35,958 nt of DNA, taken from a virus (Duplodnaviria > Caudoviricetes). Below are positions 8,098 to 17,600 of the stretch, piece after piece (position 1 is the first letter of the stretch; each line of letters opens with the position of its first letter). The stretch spans positions 1-35,958 of the IMG/VR virus record IMGVR_UViG_3300032219_002607; one strand, given 5' to 3'. Under the pieces are notes generated by a model. That model saw only the letters and a program-made list of their open reading frames with translations, ran no database searches and had not been told where the DNA came from. The translations under genes and the position numbers were made by a program.

Positions 8098-11079
8098 CTA
8101 GACCAATGAGGGCACTTCGCTTAGGGCAAAAGCTTTTGCCTGAACCTTCAGGTTAAACCTATTTCCAGACTGATTCTCTTGAAGCTCAGACCGCAACAAC
8201 AGTATTGCGTTATTCTCGTGGTATTTTGCAACCTCTGGTGAGGTTGCTTGAGCTTTTAGAGCTAGGACCATTTCAAGAATAGCTGGGTAATTCAGGATAA
8301 ACATTTTGTCTTCCGCGGTCATGTGGGGCGCAAACTTTCTTTTGTACAAAATCCTTACGCATTTTTCGTCTCCCCCGTTACCCCTTACAAAATAAACTCG
8401 GACTCTACGGCCTTCTACAAATGTGTCGCCCCTGTCTATCAAGGATAAAACGTTATTGTTGTCGTCCGGGACTGAATACCCCGGGCCACTCTCGTGGAAA
8501 TCATATTGGCGGCCATAGATGGGTATTGCTCTTCCGTCTGAAGCCGCTGCCGAAAGAATTGTCTCAAGGTTGCTGGGTAGATAAATATTCCCGTTTTCCG
8601 GCAACGTAAGCTTAGTTTCGTCCACAGTCCCAGGCCATTTCCCTTTAAGGATGAGCGTTTCTTCAGCTCTGTTGATAAAACGTCCAACTTCGTCGTCGGT
8701 CATTTGAAGGCCGTCTGGAATATCTAAAGCAAGTCTGGCTTTGAAGTAGCCGAAGCTATCCGGCGCGGCTGAAGTTAAAGCGTTTTTATACAGTTCGTGT
8801 CTATCAGTCTCAAGGCCGGTAGTCAGGCTCTGCTCGAGAACTGTCTGAGCCTCCTTGTCCAAAAGCATGGCTTGGTCTTGCTGACCAGCCATTACAGCAG
8901 AGATCGAGAGAGCAGCATATTTGATCGCTTCGTATTCTTTGATTGGCATGACTGCTGAGTTGGAAGGTGTGTAGTTTGTGCTTACTTTGGGTAATGGTTT
9001 TTTGACCCCTAGTCTACCCGCCGTAATCAAAAAGTTGTAATGCCTTACAAGCTTCTCCTGAGACTTTACAATAAGCTCTGTTAGTTCTTTTTCTGAAAGC
9101 TTGAGGCCATTAGGTAGTTCAAGAGCGAGCCTCGCTTTCGCGTGGCCATAAGTATTAGGTAGCGCAGAGTCGAGAATTATTTGATATTCAGAATGGCGCT
9201 TTGACTCAAGATCAATTGTTGCCTTTTCTTCTAGCTTTCTGAAGGCCTGCTCTTCCACGTTCTTGCTAGCTTCGAGCTGATTAGCATTAAAGTAGATAAC
9301 CGACATGCTAACCAGTTTGATCAGATCGTAGTCTCGAAATGGAACTGGTGGCATTGCTGTATCGTAACTAGAGATATCTAACGATAGCTCTGGAAGTTCT
9401 GATTTTACACCAAACCTCCCGGCCTTAAGGAGATAGTTGTAGCGTTGAGCAAGCTTTCCAACACCTTTTGAGATAACCTCCCGGACTTCTTCCTTGGAGT
9501 ACTTCAAGCCGTCTGTGATTTCGAGAGACAGCCTTGATATTAAGTAAGCAAAAGACATGTAGGAGGCCGACTCCAGTTCTGTTTGGTAAACCCCATGTCT
9601 CTTTGCTTCTAAAGCTGTCAGGAGATTACTTTCGAGCCTAGCGATCGCGAGGTTTTCAAGATTTGTTGCTTTTTGAATATTTTCCCCACCATTCACAGAG
9701 ATCTCAATATTGGCCAGAACTATGTATCGAATAGCTGAATAGTCGGGAACAGCGAGCAGGGCCGAATCAGAGTAAAGCGGCGAATAAGCTAGTTGCGGGA
9801 TCTCGTCTTTAACCCCGTACCTACCCGCTTTGATTAAAGAATTATACTCCTGGACTAGTCTTTCTTGAGCTTTGTTGACCATCTCTGCTAGTTCCGCGTT
9901 TGAGTACGAAAGACCATTCTTGATATCTAAAGCGAGTTTCGCCTTCACATACCCGAGGGTTCCGAATTGAGCAAAGTTTAAAGTGTTTTGATAAACGGTA
10001 TGTCTCTTGGTCTCTATCTCCGTGGCTAGGGATGTCTCCATTTCTTCGATAGCTTCTTTTTTAAATGCTGCTGCAGCTTCCATCTGATTTGAGTTGCTTG
10101 CTTGGATAGCGGAAACACCCAAACGCAGCACCCTGTAATCCTGAATGGGTAACACCTGTTCGTCGTTATAAGTAAATTCGTGAGTCAAAAGCGGGAGATT
10201 ATCTTTAACTCCGTATCTCCCGTTCTTAATCAAGAAATTGTATTCTGCTACGAGCATGTCTAGACCCTTGTTAATCAAGTCGATCAGTTCTCCGTCGTCG
10301 AGGCGCAACCCGTTTTTAATATCAAGAGCGATCTTCGATCTAGCAAAACCCATTGTCCCATAACCGTATTTGTTAGCAGAACTCTGGTATGCTGCTTTTC
10401 TCGCTATCTCAATTGCGCTATCTGTTTTTGCTGAAAGGTGCTCGACGGCTTTCGCCTCCAACGTCTTTGTCAGGTCCATCTGGTTGTTTTCTTCGCGCCA
10501 TAAAGCCAACATTTGGAGTTTCAAAGCGTCGATGTCGTCAATCAAAAGAAGGTCTGTTTCCAGAATAACAGGTCTAAATTTAAGCCTGCCAGTTATTTCG
10601 ACATGGCTAATCGCTTTAGTGGTTGTAAACCCAGGTGCAGCTTTTGGTGGAGAAATCAAATACCTTGTGGGCAGGTTGGGATCAGCCTCGATTTGCAGCA
10701 TGCCCATGCTTTCGTTAACAAAAGCCTGAACACCGTTTGTTTTAATGTAAGGGTATGCAGTAGTCGGGGAATTTACTTCAGAAACGCTCGGCGCGTACTC
10801 ACATGCTCTTGAGAGAGATTCAAAACCGAAACCAATTACCGTCCCAGAGCCAACCGTAAGTTGCTCGCCTTGGGGAAGATTGAAAGCTTTCCTGACTACA
10901 CCACTAACCTCAGTTTCAACTACTGTTACGATAGCTTTTGCCATTACCCCGATCCAAGGGCGGATTGCGTACAATCTTCGCTGCGCCTCGTTTATCCGAG
11001 ATACAACTCTAGGGTCAGTCGCGCATACGCCGTTGTCGGCGTATTTTGACAAAAGAAACCTAGCCTCTGCGAGCGTCAT
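8098..11079 (-). CDS. Head-to-tail adaptor (tail tubular protein A-like) with six tandem units
   Basis: ATG 11079 overlaps upstream TGA. N-terminus MTLAEAR...RINEAQRRL is typical of the adaptor helical bundle. Units repeat every ~132-135 aa. Confidence 0.7.
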   Translation of the reverse strand: MTLAEARFLLSKYADNGVCATDPRVVSRINEAQRRLYAIRPWIGVMAKAIVTVVETEVSGVVRKAFNLPQGEQLTVGSGTVIGFGFESLSRACEYAPSVSEVNSPTTAYPYIKTNGVQAFVNESMGMLQIEADPNLPTRYLISPPKAAPGFTTTKAISHVEITGRLKFRPVILETDLLLIDDIDALKLQMLALWREENNQMDLTKTLEAKAVEHLSAKTDSAIEIARKAAYQSSANKYGYGTMGFARSKIALDIKNGLRLDDGELIDLINKGLDMLVAEYNFLIKNGRYGVKDNLPLLTHEFTYNDEQVLPIQDYRVLRLGVSAIQASNSNQMEAAAAFKKEAIEEMETSLATEIETKRHTVYQNTLNFAQFGTLGYVKAKLALDIKNGLSYSNAELAEMVNKAQERLVQEYNSLIKAGRYGVKDEIPQLAYSPLYSDSALLAVPDYSAIRYIVLANIEISVNGGENIQKATNLENLAIARLESNLLTALEAKRHGVYQTELESASYMSFAYLISRLSLEITDGLKYSKEEVREVISKGVGKLAQRYNYLLKAGRFGVKSELPELSLDISSYDTAMPPVPFRDYDLIKLVSMSVIYFNANQLEASKNVEEQAFRKLEEKATIDLESKRHSEYQIILDSALPNTYGHAKARLALELPNGLKLSEKELTELIVKSQEKLVRHYNFLITAGRLGVKKPLPKVSTNYTPSNSAVMPIKEYEAIKYAALSISAVMAGQQDQAMLLDKEAQTVLEQSLTTGLETDRHELYKNALTSAAPDSFGYFKARLALDIPDGLQMTDDEVGRFINRAEETLILKGKWPGTVDETKLTLPENGNIYLPSNLETILSAAASDGRAIPIYGRQYDFHESGPGYSVPDDNNNVLSLIDRGDTFVEGRRVRVYFVRGNGGDEKCVRILYKRKFAPHMTAEDKMFILNYPAILEMVLALKAQATSPEVAKYHENNAILLLRSELQENQSGNRFNLKVQAKAFALSEVPSLV

Positions 11080-11756
11080 CCTTGTAGCTGGCTGTAGTTC
11101 AGCCAAATATTTACAAGGCCGGCGTCGAAGGTGGAGTTATTGGGACCAAACTGAGCCCAAACTTTTGAAGTTGTTGAGTACTTACCAAAAGTGTCACCCG
11201 TTAAGCCAGGTACAAAAGATGGTTTTTCTGGAAGATTTTCTGGGTTAACGTCAAATGCGGACCCGAGTAACGTGCCACGATTGGAGACTGGAAATGGGTT
11301 TGATGTACCGGTGGGGTCTAAAAAAAGATCGACCGTGATGTTAGCCGAAGGGCTTGCCGTTGAAACAAACTTTACAGCTACGTAATAAGCTACCCAGTGA
11401 ATAACAGATCTTGGGGGCAGGTTGAAAGCTTCGAAAGCGTAAGCACCATTATTTGCCCCAATAGTGTTAAGGGTTCCAAATTGTTTGAAAAGAGTTTGAG
11501 CTCCAGCTTGAACCCAATTTTGTCCGGTGTCTCCACCATAGACTTTAACAATCGGACTGTTTGCGGCCGTGCGATCCACCCAAATTCGTGGAAAGGGTTC
11601 AAGAGGGTCGACTACAGTTGGAACAGAATACGTCGTTGTGTAAAGAGTCCCCTGCTCTGATCCCGTAGTGGATAGATGCTGGCTAAACACCTCCAGCATT
11701 TGTTGCGGGGTGCCGTAACAAGTTCCTGGCGGTAGCTTTCCGGGTATTAGTGGCAT
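11076..11756 (-). CDS. Virion structural protein (tail-associated), hypothetical
   Basis: 226 aa, beta-rich, translationally coupled within the tail module. Confidence 0.55.
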   Translation of the reverse strand: MPLIPGKLPPGTCYGTPQQMLEVFSQHLSTTGSEQGTLYTTTYSVPTVVDPLEPFPRIWVDRTAANSPIVKVYGGDTGQNWVQAGAQTLFKQFGTLNTIGANNGAYAFEAFNLPPRSVIHWVAYYVAVKFVSTASPSANITVDLFLDPTGTSNPFPVSNRGTLLGSAFDVNPENLPEKPSFVPGLTGDTFGKYSTTSKVWAQFGPNNSTFDAGLVNIWLNYSQLQG

Positions 11757-11757
11757 A

Positions 11758-12774
11758 TTAGTGAATCCCCCCTGGCATGGCTGCTAAAACGTCACCTCGA
11801 ATAAGACCTTCACCCGTAATGGTACAAGCATACCCTTGCGTCAGAATGACCGGCCGGGTTCTTCGGTAGGGATTCCCCATGCCTAGGCTGCCCGCTGCAA
11901 TAATCCCCTCGCCCCCGTTTAAAATCGACCCGTCGGTTTTGGTCCCGTACGCACCACCGATAGTTTTGCCTGCGGGTAGACCAGCTCCGCCACCACCCCC
12001 ATACTGATGCTTTCGGTCTCTATTCATCGTGGTCCCGTGGCCACCCGTCCCGCCGGAGCCGATAATACCTTCATTATTAATAGTAAGAGGATGCTCCAGC
12101 AAAATAGCGCTTCCGCCAGATTTGGAATCGCCAGCACACCCGTGGCAGTCGCAGCAACCTGAGTTAGTTGAGTCGGTGCCTGCGCCGGCAATAACCCCGT
12201 TCGGAGGGTTATAGGTGTCCATGTCTACAAATCTCCCAAACGATTTTGGGTTTTTCGGCCCATAAACCTCCTTGTAGATAGTTTTTCCAGTCAAAGGGTT
12301 TTTGCCATTTGCAACTTTCCTAACAACTTTTGTCTCACCATCTACATTAACATCCATAAGCACGCCGTCCGCCCGTCTAACTGGGGGCACGTTAAGAACA
12401 AGACGAACTGAGGGGTGCCATGTTCCGGTCCTTACCGCGTACTGAGCTGGTGTTTTGCCCCCTATGTTGCCCAATACGTTGAAGGTAAAAGTTATGTCAA
12501 TTGGTTCTGGATTAAATAAACCCGGCCGGGACGCCTCGGCAAGATTCCGAAGATTGACATTATATAGCGTGGCATTGGCCTGCCCCACATTGATCTTAAT
12601 GTCGGGTGTACGTCCGTAGGCTTCCGAAAGTGCTACCTGAGTGCCGGGATCGGGCTTGCCAACAAGATCTCTAAAGTCAAATCCGTCGAGATCTTGTTCG
12701 TTTGTGGGTGGGTAGCCAAAAGCTACATTCACATCCTGCAAACCTAGCGGACCGCTATCTTTGATTTTTGGCAT
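11758..12774 (-). CDS. gp38-like glycine-rich tail fibre tip adhesin
   Basis: N-terminal SGPLGLQDVNVAFG...VALSEAYG module; Gly-rich INNEGIIGSGGTGG and GGGGGAG motifs; directly follows the fibre gene. Confidence 0.7.
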   Translation of the reverse strand: MPKIKDSGPLGLQDVNVAFGYPPTNEQDLDGFDFRDLVGKPDPGTQVALSEAYGRTPDIKINVGQANATLYNVNLRNLAEASRPGLFNPEPIDITFTFNVLGNIGGKTPAQYAVRTGTWHPSVRLVLNVPPVRRADGVLMDVNVDGETKVVRKVANGKNPLTGKTIYKEVYGPKNPKSFGRFVDMDTYNPPNGVIAGAGTDSTNSGCCDCHGCAGDSKSGGSAILLEHPLTINNEGIIGSGGTGGHGTTMNRDRKHQYGGGGGAGLPAGKTIGGAYGTKTDGSILNGGEGIIAAGSLGMGNPYRRTRPVILTQGYACTITGEGLIRGDVLAAMPGGIH

Positions 12775-12777
12775 CGC

Positions 12778-14592
12778 TTATACCCTTTCGGCAATTACTT
12801 TTTTCAGTTGGACAATTTCTTTTGCGAGTTCGACACAAAGGGCTAGTGCTGCATTCCCGTAAGCAACGGACATAGTTCCCTCGCCGTCCTCCATAACCGC
12901 TTCGGGCAGGATTTGTTTTAGGCTTTGGGCGGATACTCCGACTTGGCGGGAGCCTGAGTCAATCCGCTCAAATGTGCCGGACTTCAAGGCGGCGAGTTGG
13001 GAGACGACATCGGTTCCAAGATTTTTCCAGTCTCTCTTGAGTTTGTCGTCCGAATAAGCTGTTACGTTGCCGCGAGCTGTAAAATTACCAGCTGTATCCG
13101 AGCTCCAGCGACTTGTGTTCGCATCATCCCACCCACCAAGTCTGAAAACCCTATCGTTATCCAAGCCAAGATTGATTGCGCGATTACCGACAATTTGGAA
13201 AGACATCCCAGCCCCAGCCCCATTGTTAGCTTGGCAAGTTAATGGGAAAGGATAAGTCGTCAGAATCCCGCCAGAGGTGGTCGTGTTTTTAAATTTGTGT
13301 TCCCCAGTCCAAACGTATCCAGCGGACAGAGAACCTGAGGTTAAGGCAGTAGCGTAAGTAGCTGTTCCGATAAATGAATCAGCGGTAATTTGTCTAGCAG
13401 CAAAATCGCCTGCGGCATTCCGGCGGACAATAGTGTTAGCATTATTTAGCGGGGTCGCCGATGTTGCGGAATCAGCCACCTTACCAGCTGTCGTGATTGT
13501 TTTGAGCTTTGAATCGTTGATATCAGCGTCTGCGGCAAGGTGCCTATCTTTTATAACACCGTCTACAAAGTTGGTCACTATTGTTGCGTTAGAGGAACCA
13601 TCGAAGCCGACGCCGGGCGGGGTAGAGCCGGTAATAACCCCAGATACATTCAGGGATCTCTGAGACGTAAGCTTCTCGGCCGACCCTGTTAGAACCCCGT
13701 AGAATTGCGCCGTCCGACCTTGAGCTGCTGTGTGGATATCCGAGATGACACGATCGCTAGCCGTAATCGTTGCCGCGCTTACCGACCCATTTGGAATCGC
13801 CAAGCTCTTGCCAGAACCCATTGTCAGATTGCCCGAGATTACCGTATCCCCGGAAAGGGTCGAAGCGCCGTCACACGTAAAGGTGGCAGCAGTTAAGGTA
13901 GAAAACTTGCCAGCTTTAGCTGTTCCAGTCGTGTTAATTTCTGCGTTGAGAACACCCGTTACGGTGAGCCCACCATTAACGGTCATAGCGCCACCGAACG
14001 AGCTTACTCCAGAAGGATTTATTGTCGTAGCTGTTGCGCCGGTGCCAACTTTAAAGATTCCGGCGACATCTAAGGTCGAACCAAAGTCCACATCCGATTC
14101 GGCGTTAAGCGTGGTTACTTTAGCTGTGTATCTCGTAGTTTCACCCAGCTTAGCGTTTACGCCGGTATCAGTAGATTTACGCTGCGATAAGTTACCAGAA
14201 ATAGTTCCACTTACGTCAGACTCGATCCCGACGAGCTCAATGTTGTTCGCTTTGAAAGAACCTGTGCTGTCACGAATCACAAGTCGATTAGCTACAGTAC
14301 TAAATGTTGCGTTTTGAACCCGGTTATAATGCTCAGAACTCATTGACCCGGGGGTATCGGGGCCAGATTCCCGAATGCTTATACTCCCTTCCCCTACAAT
14401 CCCGGTATTAGGGACTGTCTCAAGGGGGTCGGCGGCTTGTACCTTGGTTACAAAGATTGTCGGGATATCTAAAAAACTTTTTAGATTGGCGAGACTAAGC
14501 TTTTTAGTTGTCCCCTGAATTACGCAAGGTACTACAGTTGCGGCATTTGGGACATTTGCATCAGGCAGTTCGGTAATTTTTACGTCGGCCAT
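12778..14592 (-). CDS. Tail fibre with C-terminal intramolecular chaperone (peptidase S74)
   Basis: MADVKITELP anchor; two NxxVxRxxxGxFxA repeats; GNVTAYSDDKLKRD...GVSAQSLKQILPEAV...SVAYGN autocleavage domain. Confidence 0.85.
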   Translation of the reverse strand: MADVKITELPDANVPNAATVVPCVIQGTTKKLSLANLKSFLDIPTIFVTKVQAADPLETVPNTGIVGEGSISIRESGPDTPGSMSSEHYNRVQNATFSTVANRLVIRDSTGSFKANNIELVGIESDVSGTISGNLSQRKSTDTGVNAKLGETTRYTAKVTTLNAESDVDFGSTLDVAGIFKVGTGATATTINPSGVSSFGGAMTVNGGLTVTGVLNAEINTTGTAKAGKFSTLTAATFTCDGASTLSGDTVISGNLTMGSGKSLAIPNGSVSAATITASDRVISDIHTAAQGRTAQFYGVLTGSAEKLTSQRSLNVSGVITGSTPPGVGFDGSSNATIVTNFVDGVIKDRHLAADADINDSKLKTITTAGKVADSATSATPLNNANTIVRRNAAGDFAARQITADSFIGTATYATALTSGSLSAGYVWTGEHKFKNTTTSGGILTTYPFPLTCQANNGAGAGMSFQIVGNRAINLGLDNDRVFRLGGWDDANTSRWSSDTAGNFTARGNVTAYSDDKLKRDWKNLGTDVVSQLAALKSGTFERIDSGSRQVGVSAQSLKQILPEAVMEDGEGTMSVAYGNAALALCVELAKEIVQLKKVIAERV

Positions 14593-14598
14593 AAGCTA

Positions 14599-14637
14599 AT
14601 CTTCCTTTAATAGGTCTATATGATCAGTTGTCAAGAC
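14599..14637 (-). promoter_or_regulatory. TTGACA element and AAGGAAG RBS before the fibre gene
   Basis: gtcTTGACA at 14637-14629; weak -10 (TATTAA, 16-nt spacer). Confidence 0.45.
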
Positions 14638-14638
14638 T

Positions 14639-17600
14639 TTACTCAGTTACAAGAACTTCTGCTTCTGCCACGCTTTGCTCGATTTTCACGTAGTCGCCAG
14701 TGTCAAATAGTGGAGATGCGTTGACAAAGTCAACTATAGCAATCTTCCTGTTCGGGCTCGTAATAATGTCGAACCAGCTTGGTTCGCGGCAACCAAAGGG
14801 AGTGCACTCTTTTGCCCAGATAGCCTCTTTAATCGAAAGTGTTAGCTCCTTGAACGAGGCATCGATAATAACGAGGGGAGACCTGTAGATTGAATTCTCA
14901 GCACCAGTCAGAAGATCATAATTATTGAGGTTGCCTCTTTCTAATACGGGATTTGAAGCATACACGACCCCGACGTAAATACCCGTAGAGTCATCTCGGG
15001 CGGCCCCCTCGTTTACAACTCTAGTGGCCTTAAGAAGCTTATCGCCAAAGTGCTTTCCTGTGGCGGGGTCGATGGGGTTTAAGAAATTCTCTTCGACCAG
15101 CCCAGTAACTTCAAATTCTGTTTCGGCTAAGTTAGCTAGTGGGGTTACAAGAATCTCGCCAAAATACTTGGATACCCCTTTCGCTTTAAGGATAAATGGG
15201 CGTTTAAAGATCTCGTATGGGGTTGAGTTGTATTCGGGCAAAGCAAACCAACCTTGCTCGGAGTCCTGTAAAACATAGTTTGGTGTCGGGGGTTGCAACC
15301 CAACAAGTCTAACTTCTTTGTCGGGGCCAGCTTCAAAGTCCGTATAATAAGCACTCAGGTTTCCAATCGGTGTTCCCGCGTATTCCGCAACATCCTGAGC
15401 GACGAGTCCAGTATACGAGAAGTTGTCGGGGCTAAGAGAGGAGACCTCGTTTCCGTCGAACACCTTGCTAACTCCGTACATCCCCTCGAAAGAAATAGGT
15501 TTGGGGAGAATCGTGCCTGGGTAGACTGTGACGCCTAAAGAATAGTTAGCAGACCTAGCGCCGGTAAGTTGATAAAAACAGCTGATAGTACGAATACCGG
15601 CATTTGAACTTGCGTAGAATGTTTCGGTCAGGCTCTGCGCGGAGATGGATACAAAAGCTTGGTCCGCGGTGGCAACGCCAGCTAAGGCTGGGGGTTGGCC
15701 GGCAGTAACCCCAGAAAAAGTAAGCGCAGCCTGCCGAGAGCCATCGTACACTTTCTCGTTTGAGTTAAGGCTTAAATTAGATGAAACAGATACTTCTGCT
15801 GGAAATACCTTTCCGCTCACAAAAGGAGTTGAGTTGACTGTATCTATTTCATAGTTCTCGTTAGTGGTTGAAAACAAAAGGTTTACTCTGGACTGCGGGA
15901 CATATACCCCATTATTAGGAATATAAGTTCCAGTAGCGGTGACGCCATGAGAATCCCCAGGTAGGACGCCACTTGTGTCGAAAGCTATTTGTGGGTCATC
16001 CCATTCAAAAGCGAGATAGGTGGTGTCCGTAACACTAGCGGTATGTACAATTATTTTTGCCTTCAAAACGGCAAAAGGAATTTCTACATATTCTGCATTT
16101 TCTTCTGGGTCTGGTTTATAGTTACTGAAAGAGTTCTGATTTGACCAACCAGTGAAAGATAACCGGATGCGATACTGACCAACATTTGAGTATTCAGGCA
16201 CTGCAGCGAACTCGTTTTCGCTAACAAGCCGTACTACCGAAGTCTCGTAAAGAGTAGTGCTTGTCGGGTTTTCGGGAATGTTAAATACAATGCTGGGGTT
16301 TGCCTTGTTGTAAGTATGCGTTATCGGCCCAGATGCTGCCACCCTGCCCGAAAACAAAAGCCATGTTCGAGCCAGTGCGGCAGTAACTGGTTTTGGCGTA
16401 ACGGTGCAAGCTCCAGAGAATGTTCCTGAAATTACATAATTCCCGCTATAGGTACTGCTCGAGGACATGCCGGTAACGACGAGAGAAAAAGATCTAAGCC
16501 CGCGATTCGCGTTGTTTAAAATTGCAGTAAAGCGGATATCGGTTTCGTCGAGTTCGTCGTCTCCTTGGGCATTGAGAAAGCTGAAACTAACCGAATCGCT
16601 GGCGTCTACTGATCCATTGTACTCTTTGGACCCAGCAAGGCTTTGGGGATCTATAAGTAATACCGCTGGGTCAATTGTCCCGACAACAGGGTTTTCGCCA
16701 TAAACGGATGTACCAGAGCCTTGGAAAGTAGAAGAAGTATTGTTGTAGTTAAAATTGAAAGTGTAGTTTTCTGGGTTGAGACCTAAAAATTGCAAAACGT
16801 CTGAGGATGTCTTTGCAGTCCCGGCGTCACCGGAGTTATAGGCTGGTGAGGTAATGCTGAAACACACGGGCTCGTTCTGAAGTGGGTCAACAGTTCCAGA
16901 ATAAGTAACAGTCAGGGGTATTGTGGCATTACTGCGCCCGTTGTAGGTTTTTCTCGCCGACAAGTTTACCGCTAAATCTCTTCGAACTATGTCGGAATAC
17001 ACATTTTCAATGCTTATCGCATAGTTTTTTGAATGAACCCCGGCAAGTATAACCCCACCTATGGGTAAGAGCATCGCGTCCAGTGCGAGCGCTTCTACGT
17101 AATTGATGTAGACGTCATCCCCCGAAATAACGTCGTTTAATATGCTGTCCGAGCGGGCTACAGGTATCTTTGTTGTCCCGTCGTATTTCCGTGAAAATAT
17201 AAGTTCCGGCGTGGTTAGCATCTTTGGTGCAATAGTGAGTTCTGATAGCTGACCCACAAACGGATAAAGGACTAAATTGTCTTGGTTCTGACCACTTGTT
17301 GAAATTTCGTAGTAACCAATATAGTCGCCAACGTCCACAGATGGCTCGTCATTGCCAGTGGAACCTTTTCGTGGAAATGCGGTTAACGAAACTTCATAAG
17401 TAAGGCCGTAGTCTTCTGGGTTTTCGCCTCCAAATATTGTGATCGAGTAATCCTCCTTATCCAGATCCTGCCAATCGCTTTTATCATATGTCTTACTAAC
17501 CGGGTCATTGGCCCAACTTACGTAGTATTGCTTCCTGAAGATTTGAGCTCCCTCGTATGTTTCTCCCAAGGGTATGTTATATTTGTTTATAACTGAAGAG

